Below, one piece after another: positions 10,407 to 20,700 of a DNA stretch of 64,000 bases. Numbering within the stretch: position 1 is the stretch's first letter; each line of letters begins with the position of its first letter. The DNA comes from Phycisphaerae bacterium. Its GTDB lineage: Bacteria; Planctomycetota; Phycisphaerae; UBA1845; Fen-1342. The notes below the pieces were generated by a model that saw only the letters and a program-made list of their open reading frames with translations, was not told where the DNA came from and did no database searches. The DNA lies in assembly GCA_050115495.1 (NCBI GenBank), contig JASFQK010000006.1, positions 1 to 64,000 of the forward strand. Reading direction: 5' to 3'. The translations under genes were made by a program, and so were the position numbers.

Positions 10407-10637
10407 CTACTCAGTCAGCTTCCTGAAACTCTCGCGGTGCTCGGCGGCAATCTCCTTGTAGAGGCTGCGGGCGGCCTCATCGTCGACGTGGCGGACCGGG
10501 CGGAGAATCAGCCGATCGCCGTCAGTGGTAATATCCAGCGGTGTGTCGGCGGTGATCTTGAGCAGGTCCAGAATCGCCTTGTCGATGATGATCCCCAAGC
10601 TGGAGCCAATCCTCGTCAGTTGCTTCTGCATGGCCAT
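10407..10637 (-). CDS. AbrB/MazE-family antitoxin
   Basis: N-terminal LTRIGSSLGIIIDK swapped-hairpin motif; lies directly upstream of doc. Confidence 0.85.
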   Translation of the reverse strand: MAMQKQLTRIGSSLGIIIDKAILDLLKITADTPLDITTDGDRLILRPVRHVDDEAARSLYKEIAAEHRESFRKLTE

Positions 10638-10652
10638 TCTCCTGGCGGCTTA

Positions 10653-10686
10653 ATAGATAGTATAATATCTATGATTCCCCAGTCAA
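10653..10686 (-). promoter_or_regulatory. sigma70 promoter of the TA operon overlapped by a palindromic operator
   Basis: Minus strand TTGACT-16-TATACT; inverted repeat atagata-N6-tatctat at 10653-10672 covers the -10. Confidence 0.7.
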
Positions 10687-10950
10687 TCAGGGCCGCCACC
10701 ACGAGCACCTGAGACGCATTCTGGAGGGAGGAAGCGGCTCGTCCGGAATCGGAGTTCCGACATGGGACGCCCCGAGCCCCACGCCCCTGCGGCCGTCTGC
10801 GAAAGACCCCAGAAAAGCAGAATGCCCCGCCTTCTCCGGTCGCCGCCGACCCGGCGATCGCAATCCCGCCCGGACCATGCCTCTGACAGGCACGTCCTCA
10901 TCCGCTCTTCGCCCACGCAGCCGCACACGCTTCGGCGCAAACGCACATGC

Positions 10951-10987
10951 AAGAAAGCGAGCCGCTCCTTCACATGGAGCGGCTCGC
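10951..10987 (-). terminator. Intrinsic terminator of the PEP-CTERM pair
   Basis: 12-bp stem gcgagccgctcc/ggagcggctcgc followed by tttctt on the minus strand. Confidence 0.7.
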
Positions 10988-11018
10988 CACGATGGGCAGT
11001 TGACTGTGAGCGCGAACC

Positions 11019-11648
11019 CTACCGCCGGCGCAGAACCGCCAGCCCGCCGAGCGCCAACAGCGCGAAGCTTGCCGGTTCCGGAACGAAGCTCACATTGTCG
11101 ATGTACTGGTTGAGGTATGTGCTCACAAGGAACTCACGAGTGATCCTCAGACCCACGTCGCAATAGCCGTCGACCGTCGGCGTGTAGCTACCGGACATTT
11201 CGTAGTACTTGTAGGCCATCGGATTGAAGACACCAGAGGACCACGTCTCCAGCACCTTATCACCCACGATGAACTCGAAATGGCCACCGTCGCCGTTCCC
11301 CCAGTGTTCATCGTTCATGAACGCGGAGAGGTTGGCGGAGAAAGCATACTCCGTGCCGGCCGTCAGATACAGGGCCTGCACCACCTCCACGCCACCGTTC
11401 GGTCCGCCAGCGGTGACTTTCCCGACGTCCAGATGACCGACCAGAGACTCTCCCAGAGGACCAGGCCCGTCGATGTCATACGTCACGACGTCCTGGACAG
11501 TCGTCATCCCATTCTCCGTCGTGCGAACCGTCCAACCGCTCCAGTCGCCGGTCTCGAACCCGGCATTGGTCAACATCTCCGCCTGCGCCGCCGTAGCTAC
11601 GCACAGCACCGCGATCATACCTGCTGCCAAAATCGAGAGTCTCATCAT
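11019..11648 (-). CDS. PEP-CTERM sorting domain protein
   Basis: Signal peptide, NAGFETGD motif, C-terminal VPEPASFALLALGGLAVLRRR. Confidence 0.92.
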   Translation of the reverse strand: MMRLSILAAGMIAVLCVATAAQAEMLTNAGFETGDWSGWTVRTTENGMTTVQDVVTYDIDGPGPLGESLVGHLDVGKVTAGGPNGGVEVVQALYLTAGTEYAFSANLSAFMNDEHWGNGDGGHFEFIVGDKVLETWSSGVFNPMAYKYYEMSGSYTPTVDGYCDVGLRITREFLVSTYLNQYIDNVSFVPEPASFALLALGGLAVLRRR

Positions 11649-12265
11649 TATCTCCTCCTGTACGCGGCCACGCCACCGAGCACCAGCAACGCGAGACTGA
11701 CCGGCTCAGGAACGAAACTCACGTTGTCGATGTACTGATTAAGATCGGTGTTTGCCGCGAACTGGCGCGTGACCCTGATGCCCACGTCGTAGGTTCCGTC
11801 CGCCGTAGCCGTATACTCGCCTGACAGCTCGTGGTACTTGTAGCCCAACGCAATGCCGCCAGAAGCCCACGTGGCCAGCACTTCGTCGCCCACGATGAAC
11901 TCGAATGTCCCACCGTCGCCGTTGTAGTAGTCACCGGCCATGTATACCGACAGGTTGGCGAAGAACGTGTATTGCGTGCCAGCCGTCAGGTCCAGTTCCT
12001 GCACTACCTCCATGCCCCCACCGCTCCCGGAAGCAACCCTAGCGACGCTCAGATGGCCGGCGAAAGACTCCGGCAGCACACCGGCACCGTCGATGTCGTA
12101 CATCACGACGTCCTGGACTGCCGTCTGCCCATTGTCCGTCGCACGAAGCATCCAGTCGGTCCAGTCGCCCGTCTCGAAACCAGCGTTGGCTATCATCTCG
12201 GCTTGAGCCGTTGCGACCAGACACAGCATCACCGCCATGCCCGCCGCCAGAAGAGAGACCTTCAT
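11648..12265 (-). CDS. PEP-CTERM sorting domain protein (paralog of the adjacent gene)
   Basis: Signal peptide, NAGFETGDW, C-terminal VPEPVSLALLVLGGVAAYRRR; TAATG stop/start overlap with the next gene; GTG at 12271 is an alternative start. Confidence 0.92.
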   Translation of the reverse strand: MKVSLLAAGMAVMLCLVATAQAEMIANAGFETGDWTDWMLRATDNGQTAVQDVVMYDIDGAGVLPESFAGHLSVARVASGSGGGMEVVQELDLTAGTQYTFFANLSVYMAGDYYNGDGGTFEFIVGDEVLATWASGGIALGYKYHELSGEYTATADGTYDVGIRVTRQFAANTDLNQYIDNVSFVPEPVSLALLVLGGVAAYRRR

Positions 12266-12733
12266 CACCACTTCCTCCTCTATACTCCAAGACCAACGTG
12301 CATGCCGCGTACAAACGGCACGCTCCCGTACTCACACACTGTGGATGAAGCAACTACCCCCGTACTCCGCAGGCAAGCGAGACGGACCCGCCGCATAGCC
12401 CGACGGAGCAGCAACCGAGAACCGAAACTCGCTTATTGCGACACAAAATGGCGCAAACTGAAGCGACATCCTGAACACTGCCTTCTGGACCTATGCATCG
12501 CCCCTGCTTCGTTTCCGGTCTTCCGTTCGAGATCCACCGTTCCGGCTGATCGACGAACGCGCTCCTGCTGCACACGAACTGCGCCGCCGAGCCCAGGCAC
12601 GGTCGCCGTACACGAGACGGCGATCGCCGGGTGATCCTCCTCGGTGTCCACCGCTTCGGATCACGGTCGAAGCCGCACCCGGGCCCGTCAAACGCGGCCG
12701 CCGGGGACGTCCTCCTCTGAGCCGACATCGGCG

Positions 12734-12849
12734 ATTGTAGCGAGCGACCAACCCCTTAGTCAACGACTTCGCAGGATTTTTCGCGAAAAAAGTCGGAACA
12801 ATTATCTCGACAAATATCGGTTGTGGAGCGGCCCGGACTCCGCTACGCT
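12734..12849. promoter_or_regulatory. Divergent sigma70 promoter pair
   Basis: Minus strand TTGACT-18-TACAAT (12763-12734); plus strand TTGTGG-17-TACGCT (12821-12849) ending 7 nt before ATG 12857; palindrome tttttcgcgaaaaa between them. Confidence 0.6.
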
Positions 12850-12856
12850 AACGCGT

Positions 12857-14107
12857 ATGCGTGTTTCTCGACCTCAACCGTCCACAGCTACCCAGACGGC
12901 CTTTCAGCGCGAGGCCTCGGAGGTGCTGAGGCGCCTTCGCGGGGCCTTCGCAGAACTCATAACAGTCTTACCAGGCAGGATTTCCACCGCCGCCGATCTG
13001 CACCAGGCGCTGAACACCAACATGAAGCTGAGCTGGAAGATGCTCAAGGTCGCCAACGCGTCGCATCCGCTGGCGGCCGGCCCCCACGTACCCGGCCCCG
13101 CCAACATTCAGACGATATTGAAGGCGGCGCGGAAGTGCGCCATAGCCGATTCGATAGTGCAGAATGCCGCGCGAGCGGCCGCTGATTTCGAACGGTTGGT
13201 TGCCGAACACGCCGGCGAGCGCGACGTGTTCGATTCGATGATCAGCATCCTGGCATCCCGTGAGGATGCTGAACGACTCGATTTCATGCACCGGCGCGAT
13301 GCGTTTCGGGCACAGCGACTCCTCTGGGGCGCGCATGCGCGAACGGTTTTCAGATGCGCCATCCTGGAGTTGCCCGAGGGTGGCCGCAGCGCGGACATCG
13401 CGGCCATTTGGGGGTACGTGGACCTGCGTCGCACCCGTCCCGGGCCACTGACGCTTGGCGTACAGTGGATTGACCACGACGACCAGCAAACGCCGATTGA
13501 GCGGGTGCGCGAACCGCTCGACCCCGCCGGCAGTGCGGGCCAAGGCACCTCGCTGATGCCTGAGTTCTGTAGCCAGCCCTTACCGCAAACGCGGATGAGT
13601 CAGATTGTGCCAGGGGCGCGGCGGATTGAGCTGTTAGGCAACGGGATGGGCAACCGGGACGCCGCGACGATCTTCGAGGGTCATGTCGTGCACCGACTGG
13701 TCCCCTGCTTCCGGACCGCCAACGATGACAACCTGGACTTGTGTCTCAATGTCTCGATGCCTGCGGAGGTCGCGATCCAAGATGCTGTGATCAGCGAGGC
13801 GGTCTACCCGAATCCCAGCCTAACGGGAGTGTGCTACGGATACCATGTTGCTAGAGTGGGCTCCGCGGGTGCACTGACCGACCTGCTGGACCTCGGCGTC
13901 CAGGCCACCGTGGCGTACCTGGGGACCGGACCCGGGGTGCTGCACACGCCCGACATACCGCGCTATGCGGAGATGGTCGAGGGCGTGCTCGCTCGACTGG
14001 GTTGGGATCCAGCCAGGTTCCACGTCTATCGATGCCGCGTGTCTTACCCCGTCGTCCCCTCGGAAATCCAAACCAGAATCAAGCTGCCCGAATCCCCTGA
14101 AGAATGA
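12857..14107 (+). CDS. Uncharacterised ~416-aa protein, putative HTH-containing regulator (paralog of 27033-28301)
   Basis: Shares KLSW, HAG, HRRD.FR, EFCS.PLPQ, TPD.PRY and RLGWD..RF.VYR.RV.YP motifs with 27033-28301; start placed by alignment and promoter position. Confidence 0.8.
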   Translation: MRVSRPQPSTATQTAFQREASEVLRRLRGAFAELITVLPGRISTAADLHQALNTNMKLSWKMLKVANASHPLAAGPHVPGPANIQTILKAARKCAIADSIVQNAARAAADFERLVAEHAGERDVFDSMISILASREDAERLDFMHRRDAFRAQRLLWGAHARTVFRCAILELPEGGRSADIAAIWGYVDLRRTRPGPLTLGVQWIDHDDQQTPIERVREPLDPAGSAGQGTSLMPEFCSQPLPQTRMSQIVPGARRIELLGNGMGNRDAATIFEGHVVHRLVPCFRTANDDNLDLCLNVSMPAEVAIQDAVISEAVYPNPSLTGVCYGYHVARVGSAGALTDLLDLGVQATVAYLGTGPGVLHTPDIPRYAEMVEGVLARLGWDPARFHVYRCRVSYPVVPSEIQTRIKLPESPEE

Positions 14108-14152
14108 TCGGCGTCGGCCCAGGGTCTTCATGGGAAACAGGGAAAGCAGAAG

Positions 14153-14878
14153 GGGGACATTCTACTTTTCTGAGGTCTTCGACGGGCGGCCGCGGGGGCG
14201 GAGGCTCGCTTCCAGGCCCAGCCGTGCCGAAATGCGCTGCTGCCAGGCCGCCGCGCCGAACGGCCGGCCGCGCTCCAGGCTGATCCGCACCGCCTCCAGC
14301 TCCGCATCCGTCTCCGCCCGGTTCACCCGCTCGACCCAGTTCCGCGGACGCGCCGCCGGCAGGTCGCTCAACAACTCGCGCTTCGTCGCCGCGTCGGCCC
14401 CCAGGCTCGACCACGGCCACTTCTCCGCCCGCCGAACGAGCCGGGCCCGGCGCGGACTGCGTTCGATGTACCGCAGGACGGTGAGCAGGTGCTCATCCTG
14501 TTCGATGGGGAACGCCTTGAAGCGCCCCTGCCAGACGTGGCCCTCGCTGTCGTGCCGGCGATGGTGCCGCCGAACGTGTGACGTCAGCAGCCACTGCATC
14601 CACCGGCCGAGGTCGCCGTCACCGTGCGGCCAGAGGACGAGGTGGAAGTGGCTCGGCATCAGGCAATAGCCGAGCAGTCGCATCGGCAGGCGACTCTTCC
14701 CGGCGGCGAGGAGTGTGACGAACGCGGCGTAGTCCTCATCGTCGTGGAAGACGACCTGGCGGCCGTTGCCGCGGTTCATCACGTGGTAAACGACATCGCC
14801 GACAGCAGCGCGAGCGGTACGAGACATGCGAGGAGGTTACGCCGGGCGTCGGCTGTCGTCAATAAGTAGAATGTCCCC
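14153..14878 (-). mobile_element. RAYT/Y1-transposase unit bounded by perfect 15-bp inverted repeats
   Basis: ggggacattctactt (14153-14167) and aagtagaatgtcccc (14864-14878); the transposase stop codon lies inside the left repeat. Confidence 0.75.
14162..14827 (-). CDS. REP-associated tyrosine transposase (RAYT, Y1_Tnp HUH family)
   Basis: YHVMNRGN, CLMPSHFHL (HUH), WQGRF, YIERSP and WPWSS motifs; TTGACG-17-TAACCT promoter 6 nt before the ATG. Confidence 0.9.
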   Translation of the reverse strand: MSRTARAAVGDVVYHVMNRGNGRQVVFHDDEDYAAFVTLLAAGKSRLPMRLLGYCLMPSHFHLVLWPHGDGDLGRWMQWLLTSHVRRHHRRHDSEGHVWQGRFKAFPIEQDEHLLTVLRYIERSPRRARLVRRAEKWPWSSLGADAATKRELLSDLPAARPRNWVERVNRAETDAELEAVRISLERGRPFGAAAWQQRISARLGLEASLRPRGRPSKTSEK

Positions 14879-14904
14879 TTTTTCTGTTGGACCGAGCCCC
14901 GGAA

Positions 14905-17148
14905 CTACCGGTCATCGGCTTCGATCCACACGTCATGGTCACGCTCGATCGTCCATTCCGCCACGGTAGGACCGGTGTAAGTCCGGTAGGCGTCGAATCG
15001 CTCCCTGAGCTCTGCAGGCAGCCGCCGGACTTCGACACGGTATTCGGCGTGGAGCGTGTGCTTCCCGGCAGCGGGGCGCTTGTCGATCTTGAGCATATAA
15101 GAGAAGTGAGTACCCCCACCCGCGCTGACATGAATGTCTATCGCCGTGCCCGCCGCGCGTCCACTGAGTTGCGCTGGAAACTCCTGACCGTCGAACGTGA
15201 CCCGCACAATCCTGATCCGCGCACACAAATCGATCGCAGACGCCTCGACCGAGCTTCGATCCCGCGTATGCGCGGCGCGATACTCAACCATGTGGTTTAC
15301 GGTCAGCCGGGCTCCAGCGGCACCGTCCGACCGGTCCGGAGCGGTGCGCACCATAGGTTTCGCGAGGACCACGCAGTGGCGAGCCAATGCCTGAAGCTGG
15401 GCGTCCGAGAGCCGTCCGCGCTCATAAGCCAGTTCAATCAGAATTCCGTAGGGCCACCGCCAGCGATGCTCATGATCAGCTTGTCGCTTTAGGCCATCGA
15501 CCACCAGGCGATCCAGCACCTCTGGAGCCAGTGGACTGGCTTCGTCACGCTTCAGAAGCTCGTCCAGAGCCGCGAAGCTGTACGTGGGCTCATCTCCGGC
15601 GGCGAGCTCGACGAGCTCCAGGTCCGTAGCGGCCTTGTAGTCGATGTCCTCTGTGCGGGCTCGACGCGCCTTCGGCCTCTCGTACTTCGGTGGAATGACG
15701 ACCGATTCATCCGGGAACGCCCGCCGGAGTTCGGCGTATGCCTGCTGGATCATCTCAGCGACACGCGCCCCTTGCAGTTGTCCCGCATCGATGAGGAGCT
15801 TCGCCTGGTCGACTTCGTGCTTAGCCTCGGCGAAGGAAGCGCGGTGATTGAAGACCTTGGCACGCGCCAGCCGGCAGTCCACATCGCCCGCTTCGGCCAC
15901 TTCCGGAGGGTAATTCTCCTTGAGATGCGGGAGCGTGGCGTAGTAGCGGCCAAGCGACTGCGCTACTCTCAGTCCCATCGTCGCGAGTCTGTAAGCCTGG
16001 TCGAAATCTTCAGCCTCGAGGCAGCAACTGGCTGCCCGCGCCAGGTATGACGACAGGGAAGCCAGGGACGCACGGTATTCCTCAGCGCCCTGGAAGCGAG
16101 ACGTATCCAGGCGGAACTGGTCGCCCTCAAACGTGATGCCGTTACGCTCGATGAAGCGATCGATACCCCGCTGCCAGGCTTTGCGGGCATCCTCAAAACG
16201 CCGCTCGTGGAAATGGAAGTCGGCGAGAACGCCGTGGAGTTCGAGGCTGGCCGGCGCGTCGGCGATCGATGCTTCGAGCATCTTGACCGCTTCGTCCGGG
16301 CCGCGCCATTTCGACAACGCCAGAGCCTTGTGGAATTGCGCAAGCGTGTCGCGACCAGGTACACGGCGTAACTCGTCGCTCATCGAGCGGTCAAAGGCCG
16401 CCACCGCCTCTTCGTAGCGCTCCAGCTCCGTGTAGCAGACGCCGATGCGAAACCACGCCGGGCCGGCCATTACGTCCTGCTCGGCCGCCTTCTGGAATTC
16501 AGCGATTGCTTCCGGCAGCTTCCCGGCCTTTTCGAGCGCCTCCGCCTGCTTCCAGTGCGCGAGGCCGTCATTGCGTGGGTCGGCCCATACGCCGCGTTTC
16601 GCTTCGATGGCCTCGGCCTGCGCGGCGACGGCCGCGCTCCGGAACTCGTCGTAGCGCGTCTGCTCCACGATCAGGTCGCCACGAAAATCGGAAACGACCG
16701 CCTCATCTGTGCTGCAGACGCCCTCCCGAAGCAGGTCGATACACAGGTTCGCTCCGGCGTCAACGAGCCATACATGCCGAAACGTCGCATCCTCGCCCAG
16801 CTTGGTGTCGAGGATGGGCACGACCACGGCTCGCGGATGGGCTTTCAACCACTGGGCGACGCGTTCGTCCAGATCGTCGGCAATCGTGGACGAGCCCGCA
16901 AAGAAACCGAACTTGAGAAAGCCGCGGGCCAGCAAGACCAGGACGCAGCGATCGTCTTGCGCATCCTCTGCCATGCCCTCCTTCCACGTGAACTCCGAAG
17001 CAAGCAGTGTGCCTTGCTCCTGGCGGTTCTCGGCGGCGCTGGCCGAACTGACCCCGGCAGGCGTCGCCGCGCTCCACGTCAACACGATGAGCAGGGAGAT
17101 TGCAAGCGAGGTGGCGGCCGATCGGAGATGCAGTATCCAGGTTCGCAA
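14905..17148 (-). CDS. Secreted TPR protein with an SNase-like N-terminal region
   Basis: Signal-like N-terminus; NLCIDLLREG...AQAEAIEAKRGVW resembles the staphylococcal nuclease C-terminus; TPR repeats (AWFRIGVCYTELERYEEAVAAF). Confidence 0.65.
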   Translation of the reverse strand: MRTWILHLRSAATSLAISLLIVLTWSAATPAGVSSASAAENRQEQGTLLASEFTWKEGMAEDAQDDRCVLVLLARGFLKFGFFAGSSTIADDLDERVAQWLKAHPRAVVVPILDTKLGEDATFRHVWLVDAGANLCIDLLREGVCSTDEAVVSDFRGDLIVEQTRYDEFRSAAVAAQAEAIEAKRGVWADPRNDGLAHWKQAEALEKAGKLPEAIAEFQKAAEQDVMAGPAWFRIGVCYTELERYEEAVAAFDRSMSDELRRVPGRDTLAQFHKALALSKWRGPDEAVKMLEASIADAPASLELHGVLADFHFHERRFEDARKAWQRGIDRFIERNGITFEGDQFRLDTSRFQGAEEYRASLASLSSYLARAASCCLEAEDFDQAYRLATMGLRVAQSLGRYYATLPHLKENYPPEVAEAGDVDCRLARAKVFNHRASFAEAKHEVDQAKLLIDAGQLQGARVAEMIQQAYAELRRAFPDESVVIPPKYERPKARRARTEDIDYKAATDLELVELAAGDEPTYSFAALDELLKRDEASPLAPEVLDRLVVDGLKRQADHEHRWRWPYGILIELAYERGRLSDAQLQALARHCVVLAKPMVRTAPDRSDGAAGARLTVNHMVEYRAAHTRDRSSVEASAIDLCARIRIVRVTFDGQEFPAQLSGRAAGTAIDIHVSAGGGTHFSYMLKIDKRPAAGKHTLHAEYRVEVRRLPAELRERFDAYRTYTGPTVAEWTIERDHDVWIEADDR

Positions 17149-17274
17149 AGGTTGCCCTCCGTTGTGGTGAGTTCTGGCGCAAGCCAGCCGGAACCAATCA
17201 TACGGCGAGGAGTCCGCCGCGCGAAGTCGCCGCTTCGGCGCTCGCCAACCAGTGGAATGTCCCCTTCTTCCGTC

Positions 17275-17667
17275 CTACGTGTACAAATCGACGTCGATCA
17301 GTGCGCCCCACTTGGCGAGTTCACGTATAACGCTCGCCTCAAAGCCCACCGCGGGCCGATCACCTCCGTCAATTATCATGCCGCATATCAGACTCACGTG
17401 AAGCCCCCTGCAAACCTCTCGCAACCGCTCACTCACGGGAGTAAGGCGTTCCATGACGGAATCCACGTGGGCGTCCAGAGGCTCCTCCGAGGGTACCTGC
17501 GACTTTATGCCCCATCTACTCGTCTTGTAGTGAAGGTGCCCAGCATGCGGCAACGGCATGCCGGCAACCCGCGTGTAGCCAGGCACAATGCCTATTCTGC
17601 GGGTCAGCTCCTCGGGCGCACACTCGAAGCCCGCCACGTCGAAGCTCACGGAAATACTGGTGCCCAT
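17275..17667 (-). CDS. DUF4279-like protein
   Basis: PEELTRRIGIVP...W...IDVDLY pattern typical of DUF4279. Confidence 0.75.
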   Translation of the reverse strand: MGTSISVSFDVAGFECAPEELTRRIGIVPGYTRVAGMPLPHAGHLHYKTSRWGIKSQVPSEEPLDAHVDSVMERLTPVSERLREVCRGLHVSLICGMIIDGGDRPAVGFEASVIRELAKWGALIDVDLYT

Positions 17668-17781
17668 CTCTTGTCACTCGCAGTTCTTCAGAGAAAAGAG
17701 GGCAATCCTGTCCTTCTGGGCGTCTCCCGTGGGCACCGGCGAAGGCGAGTGCCACGGCTCCACCCCTGACGGGCCGCCCCA

Positions 17782-20700
17782 TCACTCCGGCGGATCGGCC
17801 GTGGTCTCCAACTCCCAGCGCGGCAGGCGGCCGGGCGTCCAGGGGCCGCCGGCGGCTTCGAGCGCCGACTCCAGCGCCGCCAGATCCTGCTCGATCAACA
17901 CCCGCAACGCCGGCAGCACCTCGGCGAACGCCGTACCGGCATAGCGGTACGCGTCACACTGCGTCCCGGTCGGCGGCGAAGTCGTCCCCCACAGGTCGCC
18001 CACCACCTCGTCCACGCGCTGGCGGATCGACAGCGGCACCGCCTCCTCGCGGCGGGCCAGCGTCGGGTCGCCCCGCAACTGAATCAGCAAGCGCGTCAGC
18101 CGCTGTTGCAGAGCCTGTGCCTGTTCCACCAGCGCCGGATCCGCACCGGGCGTCTCCAGCAGCGCCTGGCGCACGTGCGTCAGCCGCGTCTGCGCTTCAT
18201 CCGTCGCCCCGAGCGCCCCGCGTACCGCCCGCTGCAACCGGGCCACCTTCGCCTCGAACGCCAGCCGCGCCGCCCGATCCGCCGCCGCGAACGTCGCCAG
18301 CTCCAGCGGCACAACATGGAACGGCTTCGGCGGCGTCAACTCGGTCAACACGCCATCCACACGCTGCGCCAGCGTCACCGTATACGACCCGGGCAGCGCC
18401 AGCGGTCCGGACGGCGGTCGCCACCAGGGCGGCCGGTTCGGCGGCGGGGCGAGCAGCGGCGGCGTCGACGCCGGGTAGCGCAGGTCCCAGGCCACGCGAT
18501 GGATGCCCTTGTCGCGTGAGGCGGGCACCCGCCGGACGATCGCCCCAGCCTCGTCACGAACGAGCAGCAGCATCTCCGGCTCGCGCTCCTCATCTTCGGC
18601 GCGCAGCTCATGAATCGTCGGGTACGGCGCGGTGACACCCTTGCGAGCCGCCTCCTTCTCAGCCTCCTTCCGCCGCTCCCGGCGGGTCATGAGCTTGTCC
18701 TTCAGGTAGTACGTGAAAACGGCGCCAAAGGGCGGATTGGGCGCCGCGTAGTACGACGCCCCCTGTGCCCCACGACCCGAGCCGCCGCCGAGCCGCCCCG
18801 CCTCGATGTAGCGCAGGGCATCCTTCACCGGCCACAGGACAGCGCTCTCGCCGAGCTGCTCGTCGCTCACGCGGCGCAGCAGTGAGTAGTCATCGAGGAT
18901 GTAGATCCCGCGACCGAACGTCGCCAGAACGAGATCGTCCTCGCGCTCCTGAATGTCGAGGTCGCGGACGGCGATGGTCGGCAGCCCGCCCTTCAGCCGA
19001 ATCCACTTCTCACCGCCGTCGATCGTGAAGAACGCGCCGAACTCGGTACCGACGAACAGCAACGCCGGCTGCACGTGGTCCTCGGCCAGCGTGTAGACGA
19101 AGTCGCGCTCGGGCAAATCGCCAACGATGCTTGTCCACGTCTGCCCGCGGTCCGGACTGCGCAGCAGGTACGGGCGGAATTCGCCGCTCTTGTGGTTATC
19201 GAAGGCCGCGAAGACGGTGTCCGCCTCGTGCCGCGAGGCGACCAGGCAGCTCACGTACGTCAGCTCCGGCACGCCGGGAAACTGCTCGATCTTCCGCCAG
19301 TTCTGCCCGCCGTCCTCACTGACCTGCACGAGACCGTCGTCGGTACCGGCGTAAAGCAGACCCTCGACGAGCGGCGACTCGTCCAGGGCCACGATGTTGC
19401 CGTACACTGACGTGTGGCTGTGCTTGGCGACGGCGTCGGCCGGCTGAATTCGCCCCATGACTTCGAGCGTGTTGCGGTCGAGCCGCCGGCTCAGGTCGCC
19501 GCTGACGGCCGTCCAGTGGCTGCCACAGTCATCGCTGCGGAACAGCCTGTTCGCGGCGAAGTACAGCCGCTGATGGTTGTGCGGGCTGATGAGCAGCGGC
19601 GAGTCCCAGTTCCAGCGGAGCGGTTCGTCGCCGGGCGCTTCGCGCGGCCTGATGTCGACGCTCTCACCACTGCGGCGATCGAAGCGGATCAGGCCGCCAT
19701 GCTGCCACTGGCTGTAGACGATGTTCGGATCCTCGGGGGCGATTTGGCTCTTGAAGCCGTCGCCGCCGACGGTGATAAACCAATCCTCGCTGGTGATGCC
19801 GGCGGGGCTGCGCGTGCGGGACGGCCCGCCCAATGTGTTGTTGTCCTGCGTACCGCCGTAGACGTAGTAGAACGGTTCGGAGTTGTCGGCGCTGACGCGG
19901 TAGAACTGCGTCACGGGCAGGTTGGGCATGAACCGCCAGTTCTCGCCGCGATCGTACGTGTCGTACAGGCCGCCGTCGCAGCCGACGATCAGATGGTCGG
20001 TGTTCTGCGGGTCGATCCACAGGGCGTGATCGTCGACGTGCCGGTGCTCGCGCGGCATCGGCTGGAACGTCTTGCCGCCGTCCTCGGTGACGTGCAGGAT
20101 CGTGTCCAGCACGTAGACGCGGTCCACGTCGCGCGGGTCGCAGATGATCTCGTTGTAGTACTGGGCGCTGGTCGTCTGGTAGCTGCTGCGCTTCGTCCAC
20201 GTCTCGCCGCGGTCCGGCGATCGGAAGAAACCGCCCTCCCCGTCGGCGGCCTCGACGATGGCGTAGACCACGTCGGGATTCGCCGGCGAGATGTCCAGAC
20301 CGATGCGGCCGAGATCGACGGCCGGGAGGCCTTTCGTCAGCTTGCGCCAGGTGACGCCGGCGTCGGTGGACTTGTAGAGGGCCGACTCGGGCCCGCCGTC
20401 GATCAGCGTCCAGACGCGCCGCTGCCGCTGGTAGGCGGACGCGTAGACGACGTCGGGATCGCGCGGGTCGAGGTGCACCTCGTTGATACCCGTGTGCTCG
20501 CTGATGCGCAGCACGCATCGCCAGCTTCGGCCACCGTTGTCCGTCTTGTACAGGCCGCGCTCCGGGCCGCTGCGCCAGAGGGGACCCTGGGCGGCGACGT
20601 AAACGGTGTCCGTGTCGCGCGGGTCGATGGCGATCACGCCGATGTGCTCGGTGTCGCGTAGGCCGAGGTTCTCCCAGGTCTGCCCGCCGTCGCGCGTGCG

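Noticed and set aside
17694..17712. Additional RAYT-end motif upstream of DUF4279
   Set aside because: Only about 10/15 match; not distinguishable from chance
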